A DNA stretch of 39,498 bases from a virus (taxonomy: Duplodnaviria > Caudoviricetes), in IMG/VR virus record IMGVR_UViG_3300017761_005402, positions 1-39,498 of that record, one strand, 5' to 3'. The notes below the pieces were generated by a model. That model saw only the letters and a list, made by a program, of their open reading frames with translations, searched no databases and was not told the origin of the DNA. Both the position numbers and the translations under genes were made by a program. Shown here piece after piece: positions 26,080 to 33,556 of the stretch; the stretch's first letter is position 1, and each line of letters opens with the position of its first letter.

Positions 26080-28083
26080 TTATACTTCTGTCAATTTAAG
26101 AATTGCTCTAATTCTGTTTCTATCCAAGGAAATTCCTTGTTTATTCACTGCACCCCAAACCACTCCTCTAAAGGAATCTTCACTCCCAAGAGAATCAAGA
26201 ACCTTTCTAACTCTTGATACATTTTTGGGTTTTTTGTGCATGAAACTCTCTAATTTCATTCTAACACTGCTTGGTAAAATGCTTACATTGGATAAGTTTT
26301 TCAACCTACGGTCCTTTTCTGCTAGTCTATATCTCTCTCTAATAGCATCACAGTCATCTCTAAGTGCTTTTCCATCAGCATCATACCAGCCTAGTTCCAG
26401 CATAAGATTAAACATTTTGATGCTTCTTGTCCAACATCCAACAGGTGCATCCTGCCCAGGTTTAACAAGAGTAATAGAAACCTTCTCTAATTTAGAAACA
26501 TCAGAAGATTCCTTGGCGATTTTTTCAATATAGGTTTTAACATCATCTTCCTCTTGTAAATTTTTACCACATATCAAGTTGTGTATATCCAAAGGACTTG
26601 CATTGTATGGTCTAGTAGCATCTCTACCATAGCCATATGTGTTGTACACATTATAATATTTCTCACCATCCACCTTTTCTCTTTTCATTGGAGGCACAGC
26701 AAAAATTTTATCTCTTACAGGTTTAATTTCAAACAATTCGTCAAATTCAAGTTTAAACTCACTTGTGAATCTATCCCAGCAAGACTCTACACAATAGTAG
26801 TACTTTTTACTGTTGCTTTTTGCAGCTTCACTCAATCTGGATATCCAATTTCCAGAATATTTATTATTTGGAATAATAGCCACTAGATATTTGTCTCCCA
26901 TTTTTTCAAAAGAAGTTTCATCATTTAGTAGTGTGCCTTTAATGAATGTGAAACCACCATCATGGTAGTGTTTAAATGCAATTTTTGTTGGATAAACATA
27001 GTAATTCTTACTATCTCTGACATGTCTGGTAGAATCTCTATAGACAATTGGATCACTGTTGCCCATTTCCACCGCATCTCTAAGAGATAGTGTTTCTAAT
27101 TCATCAAGTCCTCTCTGATAAATATCATAGTCAATTTTAGTGATTTCTTCAAAAACTGCAAGATTACTAGCAGTGTCTTCAAATTTTTCTCTGCTGATAG
27201 GAAGAGATAATTTTCCAATAGGAATTTCCACAACCATCAATTTCCCAAACTCTGTTTTTCTATCATATTTAATGCCCAAGATGCTGGAGCTTGGTGGTGG
27301 ATACACAACATCTCCCATTTTACATATGAGTGAATGATTGCCATCACAACCATAATTATAGTGGTTACGTGAGTTTTTGAAATCGTAAATTTTAAAAACA
27401 TAGTCTCCATGTTGTTCCACACTCTCTGGCTCCAAGGGAACTTTCACAACATCTGTAACGGTTCCATCAACAATATCAGAATAGTGAAATTCGATTTTTT
27501 GATTTGATGTGTCTACAAATTTTCTAATCTCTGTGAAAAATTTATGTCTATCACTAGGGTTTATGTTCATGAAAACTTCCAAACCAGTTTCTGTTGTTTC
27601 GGATTGTTCAATTTCAATAATTTGTCCAACAGGAACACCACCCTTTCCACCTAGTGCACATGCATATAGTGTGCACACTCCATTGTGATAACTTTTTACA
27701 TAGAAAGTGTCTGTGTAGCAGTGTCCACTTTTACTACCAATACCAAATCCCCCAATTTGGCTATTGTCATTACTTTTTGTACTTTTAAAATACATTCCAA
27801 AGATATTCCTAATACCATTGTCATCCAAACCTAGTGCATAATCTCTTACAGAAAAAGTGTCATCTGTTAGAGAAACTTTAACAGGAATTTCAATATTATG
27901 CTTTTTATGCTCATCAGCAGCATTACTAGTATACTCTCTAACAACAGCCCCAATTTTATTAGAATAGATTTTATCTCTCAAAAACAGTGTTGCCATGCCA
28001 ATACCAGCAGTATCCATGCTCATGGTGCTGGTGTTCATATCTTCACTTAAGAGTAGGGGATTGGATATAACTTCTGTTTTCAT
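26080..28083 (-). CDS. rIIA: rIIA-like protein (GHKL ATPase N-terminus)
   Basis: IYSNKIGAVVREYTSNAAD, VRDYALGL, STKSNDN..IGGFGIGSKS, PISRE; adjacent to rIIB. Confidence 0.88.
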   Translation of the reverse strand: MKTEVISNPLLLSEDMNTSTMSMDTAGIGMATLFLRDKIYSNKIGAVVREYTSNAADEHKKHNIEIPVKVSLTDDTFSVRDYALGLDDNGIRNIFGMYFKSTKSNDNSQIGGFGIGSKSGHCYTDTFYVKSYHNGVCTLYACALGGKGGVPVGQIIEIEQSETTETGLEVFMNINPSDRHKFFTEIRKFVDTSNQKIEFHYSDIVDGTVTDVVKVPLEPESVEQHGDYVFKIYDFKNSRNHYNYGCDGNHSLICKMGDVVYPPPSSSILGIKYDRKTEFGKLMVVEIPIGKLSLPISREKFEDTASNLAVFEEITKIDYDIYQRGLDELETLSLRDAVEMGNSDPIVYRDSTRHVRDSKNYYVYPTKIAFKHYHDGGFTFIKGTLLNDETSFEKMGDKYLVAIIPNNKYSGNWISRLSEAAKSNSKKYYYCVESCWDRFTSEFKLEFDELFEIKPVRDKIFAVPPMKREKVDGEKYYNVYNTYGYGRDATRPYNASPLDIHNLICGKNLQEEDDVKTYIEKIAKESSDVSKLEKVSITLVKPGQDAPVGCWTRSIKMFNLMLELGWYDADGKALRDDCDAIRERYRLAEKDRRLKNLSNVSILPSSVRMKLESFMHKKPKNVSRVRKVLDSLGSEDSFRGVVWGAVNKQGISLDRNRIRAILKLTEV

Positions 28084-28090
28084 GCACTAT

Positions 28091-28124
28091 AATGTATAAC
28101 ATTTGAGGTGATTGTCAATAAATA
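28091..28124. promoter_or_regulatory. divergent promoters: sigma70-like (minus, rIIA) and late-like ATAAATA (plus)
   Basis: Minus TTGACA-16 bp-TACATT; plus ATAAATA 28118-28124, N5, GTG 28130. Confidence 0.55.
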
Positions 28125-28129
28125 AGCTA

Positions 28130-28546
28130 GTGAGGTTCAAACAATTTTTAGAGAACAAAAAGGCTGTTAGATATAGTGCTGTGGTGCTGGACAGTGGCAG
28201 TCATCAGGCATTGCTAGAGTTGCCAGAAGTAGCAAACCTATTAACAGATCAACATGAAATCGTAGCACACCACATGACTATCAAAATGGGAAGCTTGAAA
28301 GGCACTCAGTATGAGAGTACTCTTGGAGATGCACAGTGCCTCACTGCCTCTCATGTAGGCTCTCTAGGAGAGGGTGTTGTGGTTGCTGTGAAGGTTGATG
28401 GTGCTACTGACAACAAGACCCCTCATGTTACAATTGCTGTTGATAGAAGCAGGGGAGGTAAGCCTGTTATGAGTAACCAAATAGTAAATTGGACTCCACT
28501 TTCAAATCCGTTAAAGTTATACGGAACTGTACAAGAATTATTGTAA
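28130..28546 (+). CDS. 2H phosphoesterase (tRNA-ligase cyclic phosphodiesterase-like)
   Basis: Two HxT motifs: HHMTI and PHVTIA; GKPVMSNQI..W. Confidence 0.8.
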   Translation: MRFKQFLENKKAVRYSAVVLDSGSHQALLELPEVANLLTDQHEIVAHHMTIKMGSLKGTQYESTLGDAQCLTASHVGSLGEGVVVAVKVDGATDNKTPHVTIAVDRSRGGKPVMSNQIVNWTPLSNPLKLYGTVQELL

Positions 28547-28548
28547 TA

Positions 28549-28636
28549 TCAGATTACTATGTTCCACAGGTTTGAACTGTGCTTATTGTTCTAATTAAAA
28601 AACAAATTAATCCTATTAATTTGCAGAAAGTAATCT
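28549..28636 (-). ncRNA. array unit 1 (Y-RNA-like; T-arm hairpin)
   Basis: AGATTAC-TTT-CTGCAAA...CACAG-TTCAAAC-CTGTG...GTAATCT-GA. Confidence 0.75.
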
Positions 28637-28641
28637 TATAT

Positions 28642-28738
28642 TCAGAACACAATTTTCGGCAACCACTTGCCTAATACGGGGGAGTCGAACCCTTCGTTTC
28701 AATTTGGACGAAATTATGTAATTTGCAGTATGTGTTCT
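28642..28738 (-). ncRNA. array unit 2 (Y-RNA-like; anticodon-like, T and D-like hairpins)
   Basis: AGAACACA-TA-CTGCAAA...TTTCG-TCCAAAT-TGAAA...GGG-TTCGACT-CCC...GGCAA-GTGG-TTGCC...TGTGTTCT-GA. Confidence 0.78.
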
Positions 28739-28740
28739 TG

Positions 28741-28853
28741 TCAAGTAACTAACCGTTTTTGGCCTCTACCAATTAGACGGTAAACTCTCCATGGATTCGA
28801 ACCACAGTGGCTTTTATTTCAAGTAAAAAATATTGAATTGCTGTATGTTACTT
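28741..28853 (-). ncRNA. array unit 3 (Y-RNA-like; Ser-UGA anticodon loop, T arm, D-like loop)
   Basis: AAGTAAC-ATA-CAGCAAT...TTTTA-CTTGAAA-TAAAA...GTGG-TTCGAAT-CCAT...TCT-AATTGGT-AGA...GTTACTT-GA. Confidence 0.78.
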
Positions 28854-28856
28854 TTT

Positions 28857-28953
28857 TCAGGTTTACCCGATCCTCTCGGCTAATTCCCCATTTAAAAAAA
28901 TGGTGGGGAATTTAAGAATTGAACTTAACGTTTAATTTTGCTGTAATAAACCT
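28857..28953 (-). ncRNA. array unit 4 (Y-RNA-like; permuted tRNA body)
   Basis: AGGTTTA-TTA-CAGCAAA...TTAAG-TTCAATT-CTTAA-ATTCCCC-ACCA-linker-GGGGAAT-TAGCC...TAAACCT-GA. Confidence 0.8.
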
Positions 28954-28955
28954 TA

Positions 28956-29098
28956 TCAGATTAAATGTTTTTGCGTTTTTCGTGTCCTAACCGCTAGACG
29001 ACAGTGATATTTGTTTTTAGAATGGTATCACTGAGGGGATTCGAACACCCTGTCACGACCTTAATATGGTTTTGCTAATTGGATGCTGTGTTTAATCT
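28956..29098 (-). ncRNA. array unit 5 (Y-RNA-like; circularly permuted tRNA-Glu-like body)
   Basis: AGATTAAA-CA-CAGCA...TCGTGACAGGGTGTTCGAATCCCCT-CAGTGAT-ACCA-linker-ATCACTG-TCGTCTAGCGGTTAGGACACGA...TTTAATCT-GA. Confidence 0.85.
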
Positions 29099-29102
29099 TA
29101 TA

Positions 29103-29157
29103 TCAGAAGACGAATTGTTTTTTTACCAAAAAAAAGTTTAATTGCTGATTGTCTTCT
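29103..29157 (-). ncRNA. array unit 6 (minimal; Pro-UGG-like loop)
   Basis: AGAAGAC-AAT-CAGCAAT...TTTTT-TTTGGTA-AAAAA...GTCTTCT-GA. Confidence 0.72.
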
Positions 29158-29159
29158 TA

Positions 29160-29223
29160 TCGGAAAGCACTTTGTTTTTTTGTTTTCAATAATAAAAAAA
29201 GTTTTGTTTGCTGTCTGCCTTCC
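29160..29223 (-). ncRNA. array unit 7 (minimal)
   Basis: GGAAGGCA-GA-CAGCAAA...ATTGAAA...TGCTTTCC-GA; stem contains a G-U pair only on the minus strand. Confidence 0.72.
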
Positions 29224-29235
29224 TGTTAACCCTTT

Positions 29236-29264
29236 AATTTACACTACTAACTGATAGTAGTCAA
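29236..29264 (-). promoter_or_regulatory. sigma70-like promoter for units 7-1
   Basis: TTGACT-17 bp-TAAATT, followed by AAAGGGT. Confidence 0.7.
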
Positions 29265-29266
29265 GT

Positions 29267-29331
29267 TCGAATCACACTTTTTATCGTTTTTGTTTAAGAG
29301 ACAAATGATTATTGTTTGCTGTCTGTGATTC
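29267..29331 (-). ncRNA. array unit 8 (minimal; Lys-CUU anticodon stem-loop mimic)
   Basis: GAATCACA-GA-CAGCAAA...TTTGT-CTCTTAA-ACAAA...TGTGATTC-GA. Confidence 0.78.
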
Positions 29332-29343
29332 TGTGTACCCTTT

Positions 29344-29371
29344 AATTTACTCTACTGTGAGTTATAGTCAA
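29344..29371 (-). promoter_or_regulatory. sigma70-like promoter for unit 8
   Basis: TTGACT-16 bp-TAAATT, followed by AAAGGGT; near copy of 29236-29264. Confidence 0.68.
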
Positions 29372-29381
29372 GGGATTTTTG

Positions 29382-29421
29382 AAAAAAAGAGAGGCTGTTC
29401 TTTTTTGGAGAACAGCCTCTC
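29382..29421 (-). terminator. intrinsic terminator of the DUF2828-type gene
   Basis: 13-bp stem GAGAGGCTGTTCT/AGAACAGCCTCTC followed by a T7 run on the minus strand. Confidence 0.85.
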
Positions 29422-29428
29422 CAAATTA

Positions 29429-31129
29429 CTAGAGTGAGAACATACTAAGAATCTCTTGATTCATGGCATTATCAAACACTTGTGTTGGTGTCAAAGCTTC
29501 ATAACCTGTGAGGAATGTGATAACACTTGCACTATAGCCTGAAAAATAGAATACACCTTTTTCATCAGCAGTAGTTTCAAACTTCTCACCTGTTCCTCTA
29601 CCATAGTAGTTGCTTTGAAGATTCCAAAGAACAATCTGGAACTTGTTCACAAATTCTTTACTAAAACCTCCATATAGGAGAGTTTTTCTTGCTGCATCTA
29701 CATTGGTTTGGTTGAGTTGAACTGGATTAAATTCACTATCACTAATGCAGAGAATTCCTGTAGGAAATTCACTTTCTGGCACACCACTAGCCTTGATTTC
29801 TGTGAACAATCTGATAACACTTTGGAAGTCTGTTCCACCAATGTAACCAGCATGATCATTATACCATTTTTCAAGTGGAGTGCTACCTTTCCAAGTATGC
29901 ATTTTTGCAGTGCTATTGAATTCAATAAAACTGTTTGAAAACTTACCCTTTAGGAAAGCACTAAAGTAGAGTGCAAGAGCCTTTCCAATTTTGTTACAAC
30001 TCATGGTTGTACCATGTGCAAGGGAATTCATGCTTGAACTTGTATCACGCACAACAATAAAGTTGGTTTGATTTTCTTTTTGTTCACTAGTTGCCTTTTC
30101 CACAAGAGTTTCAAACTGCTTGTTGATAGTGGTTTGTTCATGCTGTTGCAAACCTGACAAATTGTATGGAAGATTGCTAAAGAGTTCATGAACAAAACCA
30201 GTGTACTTTACAGAGGTCTTAGGATCACCCACCCACTTGGAATATTTGTCTGACAAATTCTGATTTTTCAAAAATTTGCTACGAACAAGAAGATTTAATG
30301 CACGACCATGAATCTTATCGAATTCAATCTTATCAAACTTTTGTTGACTGATAAGCTTTTGCCATTCATGTGCTGTTCCAGTATTCTTGAGCTTACGGTA
30401 GAGTTTGTAGTTGAAGCTAGATTCTTTTGAACCAAACAAGAGACTACAAATCCATTTAGCAATCATACAGTTTGCTTGTGATTCTACAGTTTTACATGCA
30501 GAACGTGATTTGATTTGTGGAAGATATTTCTTCACAAGATTGGAAACACTTTCTGTTGAGAGTGCTGTGAGAATCAAGTCACCAAACTGCTTCCAGTCTA
30601 GTTTGCGATCATTCCAACCATTGTAAACCAAATCATATTGAAGCATTGAAAACACATCATGCCAGCTTCCAAGGGAAACAAACAATCCAATATTCTTCCA
30701 AAAGATTTCTGGAGATTTTTGAGAGAGCCAAATCATTCTCATGATTGGTTCGTACTTAAGTTCTCCACCCTTTTGTGGTTCTTGAGTAATAGAACCATCA
30801 GGAAGATTCACCTTTCTGGTAACTGTTCTGAGATAACCCATGAACTTGGTTGCAGTGAGCTTGTCATTTGCCCAGAGAGTTTCACAGTCCTTTTCAATTT
30901 CAGAAAAGGAACGAGGTGCCTTGTAAGTTCCAAGTTTACCAAATTGGTCAACAAAGTCATTAAGAGTGGAACTCAACTTAACTGCTCCATTGCCTGAACG
31001 GGTTGTTACAGCCTTTTTCATTGCCTTTGCAACAAAGATTGGAGTGATTTCAGAAGATGCTGCCTTAAGAGGGTTCTTCTTTTTAGTTGGTGTGTTGTCG
31101 AATAGTGCTGTTTTTTTAGTTGTAAACAT
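29429..31129 (-). CDS. DUF2828-type TROVE/Ro60-like protein with C-terminal vWA domain
   Basis: SGNGAVKLSST...VDQF, LGSWHDV, YRKL, FVHEL, MIDAS IVVRDTSSSM, GTDFQSV, FPTGILCISDSEFN, IVLWNL, FSGYS. Confidence 0.78.
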   Translation of the reverse strand: MFTTKKTALFDNTPTKKKNPLKAASSEITPIFVAKAMKKAVTTRSGNGAVKLSSTLNDFVDQFGKLGTYKAPRSFSEIEKDCETLWANDKLTATKFMGYLRTVTRKVNLPDGSITQEPQKGGELKYEPIMRMIWLSQKSPEIFWKNIGLFVSLGSWHDVFSMLQYDLVYNGWNDRKLDWKQFGDLILTALSTESVSNLVKKYLPQIKSRSACKTVESQANCMIAKWICSLLFGSKESSFNYKLYRKLKNTGTAHEWQKLISQQKFDKIEFDKIHGRALNLLVRSKFLKNQNLSDKYSKWVGDPKTSVKYTGFVHELFSNLPYNLSGLQQHEQTTINKQFETLVEKATSEQKENQTNFIVVRDTSSSMNSLAHGTTMSCNKIGKALALYFSAFLKGKFSNSFIEFNSTAKMHTWKGSTPLEKWYNDHAGYIGGTDFQSVIRLFTEIKASGVPESEFPTGILCISDSEFNPVQLNQTNVDAARKTLLYGGFSKEFVNKFQIVLWNLQSNYYGRGTGEKFETTADEKGVFYFSGYSASVITFLTGYEALTPTQVFDNAMNQEILSMFSL

Positions 31130-31152
31130 AATTTTTAGTCCTTTGAGCAGAT

Positions 31153-31181
31153 AGTTTACTCTATGCCTTTAGTAGAGTCAA
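31153..31181 (-). promoter_or_regulatory. sigma70-like promoter
   Basis: TTGACT-17 bp-TAAACT; same type as the two array promoters. Confidence 0.68.
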
Positions 31182-31189
31182 CATCTTTT

Positions 31190-31537
31190 TTACTTTTTTG
31201 TGATTGAATATCCTAACTTCTTTAATCTTTGAATTAAACCACTAACATCCAGATTTAACTCTTTTATCAATTCACACACTGCTAGATTGTCCTCTTCTTC
31301 AATATCTGTATACACATTATAGTCTTCACTAAAATCACTAATATCTTCACAATCTTCTACTCTCTGGATGGTATAAGAATCCCCTGTGTCCAATTCTCCA
31401 GAATGCATACTATTGAGCCATGCCAAAACATGATCTTGTCCCAAAGTCTCTTGTTCTGTTAAAAATAAGTAGCTTAGATTTATATCCACTCTAAACAAGT
31501 TCTTTTTTGGTTTTATTTCTTTTGACGATTTTTTCAT
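31190..31537 (-). CDS. hypothetical protein
   Basis: 115 aa; overlaps the macro-domain stop. Confidence 0.7.
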   Translation of the reverse strand: MKKSSKEIKPKKNLFRVDINLSYLFLTEQETLGQDHVLAWLNSMHSGELDTGDSYTIQRVEDCEDISDFSEDYNVYTDIEEEDNLAVCELIKELNLDVSGLIQRLKKLGYSITKK

Positions 31538-32043
31538 ATTTTACAAATGTATAAGTTTTTACTGGAATTTTTAAAAACATCATTTATAATACCAGAAACA
31601 ATCTTCCAATCTCCACCACCCAAACCACAACCAATTCCATATGGAATATAAACATCTGTTATAAAATTTGTCACCTTTTCATCTCCTGTAAAGAAAAACT
31701 CTAGGGAAACATCATCTCCTAGAAATTGAAAAATTTCAATTTGTTGGAGTGCATTCTTTAAGGAGCCATATTCTGTTCTTCTTTCATGTGAGCAAATGTC
31801 ATATTGTCCAAAAATATTTAAAACTCTTAAATTCTGACCAACTCTAATAGTTTGATAATTTCCTAGCAAGTTCCATTCCTCTCCTTTATTCTTATCTACT
31901 AGAGATAGATATTCATTAGCAGCATTCTCCCATTTCCTAGCAATTGCTCCTGCAAGTCCACCAATTGCTCCTATACAGTTTGTCTGTTGGCAGATTAGAC
32001 CACACTCTACTGATAATATATCCTTGTTTATTTCTTGTATCAT
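31534..32043 (-). CDS. macro domain protein (Poa1-like ADP-ribose-processing)
   Basis: DIL...ICQQTNC.G..GGLAGAI, VLNIFGQ, PYGIGCGLGGGDW. Confidence 0.85.
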   Translation of the reverse strand: MIQEINKDILSVECGLICQQTNCIGAIGGLAGAIARKWENAANEYLSLVDKNKGEEWNLLGNYQTIRVGQNLRVLNIFGQYDICSHERRTEYGSLKNALQQIEIFQFLGDDVSLEFFFTGDEKVTNFITDVYIPYGIGCGLGGGDWKIVSGIINDVFKNSSKNLYICKI

Positions 32044-32051
32044 ACTATATA

Positions 32052-32219
32052 CTATCTTCTAGTAAATGCATCAATAAAATCTCCAGCAAATTTTGCTATC
32101 ATTGATAGACCTACTAACATAATGCCCAGAAAACCACCCAGACATGTTAAAACAACCCAAACCCATCCACTTAGTGTTAAGCTGTGTTGTGATGATAACC
32201 ATTCTAGGATAGAGTTCAT
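32052..32219 (-). CDS. small membrane protein (55 aa; below ORF-track cutoff)
   Basis: MNSILEWLSS...WVWVVLTCLGGFLGIMLVGLSMIAKFAGDFIDAFTRR fills the gap in the operon. Confidence 0.6.
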   Translation of the reverse strand: MNSILEWLSSQHSLTLSGWVWVVLTCLGGFLGIMLVGLSMIAKFAGDFIDAFTRR

Positions 32220-32223
32220 ATTT

Positions 32224-32517
32224 TTACTTTGCTGATTTTTCTTCTACAACTACCATAGGAAGCTGTAATTCTGGTTCATTTGAGACTTTTTTAAATCCTA
32301 GTTGAAAGCTTCCATAGGGCATAAATCCAAAGATTGTGGGATTTGCATGAGCATTCAATTCATAACCATCAACAACTTTATCTGCACCTATACCAGCATC
32401 CAGATTTACTCTGGCATTGCTAGAAACTGTGTCTGGATTCTCTTGCTTTTGGCTTGTTTGGCAACTTGCCAAGGTTATTAGTGATAAGAATAGTAGTGAC
32501 TTTTTCATTGGGAACAT
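32224..32517 (-). CDS. putative lipoprotein
   Basis: MKKSLLFLSLITLASC lipobox. Confidence 0.7.
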   Translation of the reverse strand: MFPMKKSLLFLSLITLASCQTSQKQENPDTVSSNARVNLDAGIGADKVVDGYELNAHANPTIFGFMPYGSFQLGFKKVSNEPELQLPMVVVEEKSAK

Positions 32518-32771
32518 TAACGTATTTCTAGGGGCAAGTCAATCATTTTCTCCATTTTACTAAATCCCCATTCTACACAAAATTTGAAAAGGGTGATTCT
32601 TCTAACAGTATAACCATTACTTTCCACAAAACAGTATGATAGTGGTAGATTATTTTTATATCCGTTATTATCCACAATCCACCATCCTAGTTGGCTATAG
32701 TGAACCTTTATTAAGCAATTGGATATCCACCTTTTCCATGTCTTATCTGGTTTTTGAAAATCTTCTTTCAT
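32517..32771 (-). CDS. hypothetical protein
   Basis: 84 aa, coupled. Confidence 0.65.
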   Translation of the reverse strand: MKEDFQKPDKTWKRWISNCLIKVHYSQLGWWIVDNNGYKNNLPLSYCFVESNGYTVRRITLFKFCVEWGFSKMEKMIDLPLEIR

Positions 32772-32772
32772 A

Positions 32773-32988
32773 TTAACATCTCATGAAGGTTTGAAATGAC
32801 TTGGATTTTTTATTATTTTCCTCAACAACATTTCTTTTAGATGGAACAATCTCTCTAAGAGTTTTTCTTGCCAATTCATAACACTCCCAATCTTGGTATT
32901 TTCCAGATGCAATAATTTCAAGAACACTAGCAGCTTTCTCCAATCTTTCCTTCATTAGGGTTGATGGATTTTTTCTTATAGTAGCCAT
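32773..32988 (-). CDS. hypothetical protein
   Basis: 71 aa, coupled. Confidence 0.65.
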   Translation of the reverse strand: MATIRKNPSTLMKERLEKAASVLEIIASGKYQDWECYELARKTLREIVPSKRNVVEENNKKSKSFQTFMRC

Positions 32989-32997
32989 AATTTTTAT

Positions 32998-33231
32998 TCA
33001 ATTGCTTTCCAATCCATTATAGTAATCCATCACATCAAACCACAAGTCTCCCATTTTCACTGTTGAGCATACTCCTGAATCTGATAGGAAGGTTACACTA
33101 GAGTCTTTTTGTAAGACTCTCTCTGGTGGTGTTTCAAAAGAAACTACTCCTGTTTGTCCATAATTGACATTTTTGTTTGATCTGTTCCAGACTACTCCTC
33201 TAATACTAAAGTTCGTTGGGTTTATTTCCAT
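32998..33231 (-). CDS. hypothetical protein
   Basis: 77 aa. Confidence 0.6.
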   Translation of the reverse strand: MEINPTNFSIRGVVWNRSNKNVNYGQTGVVSFETPPERVLQKDSSVTFLSDSGVCSTVKMGDLWFDVMDYYNGLESN

Positions 33232-33538
33232 AGATTTGTTTTTGTGGGTTTTCTTTTTTAAGTTCTTTTAATTTCATCACAGCATATGCTTGTAAAATTT
33301 CATTTAATTCATCACTACTGTTTGCAAATTCTGCTCCTAAAACAGCAGAGAGGTTGCTTTTAAGAGAGCCATCAGGCAATCTGCTAATCTCAACCATAGT
33401 TGCATCCAAGGGCGATTTAAGGGGTGTTTCTGTTGAAACTGGAGCACTGCTACTAAAGTCTTTGATGCTTAGACCTAATTGAAAAACAGAAGCAAAGAAC
33501 AATGTTCCAACCAGGAGATATTTTAATGATGTTCTCAT
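33206..33538 (-). CDS. hypothetical membrane-anchored protein
   Basis: N-terminal hydrophobic helix. Confidence 0.65.
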   Translation of the reverse strand: MRTSLKYLLVGTLFFASVFQLGLSIKDFSSSAPVSTETPLKSPLDATMVEISRLPDGSLKSNLSAVLGAEFANSSDELNEILQAYAVMKLKELKKENPQKQIYGNKPNEL

Positions 33539-33556
33539 AATAAAGTATAACCCCTC

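Noticed and set aside
25976-26533. 185-aa plus-strand ORF and other antisense ORFs (e.g. 3522-4010, 19760-20095, 37992-38360)
   Set aside because: Shadow frames of well-supported opposite-strand genes, with no recognisable motifs
28549-29331. CRISPR array or ordinary tRNA gene cluster
   Set aside because: No identical direct repeats, unit lengths vary 55-143 nt, and no cas genes; tRNA arms are permuted or partial, so none is a standard cloverleaf
29429-31129. Calling the gene canonical rsr/Ro60
   Set aside because: Motifs fit DUF2828 better, and the RNA handle differs from the canonical Y RNA Ro-binding helix; the Ro relationship needs structural confirmation
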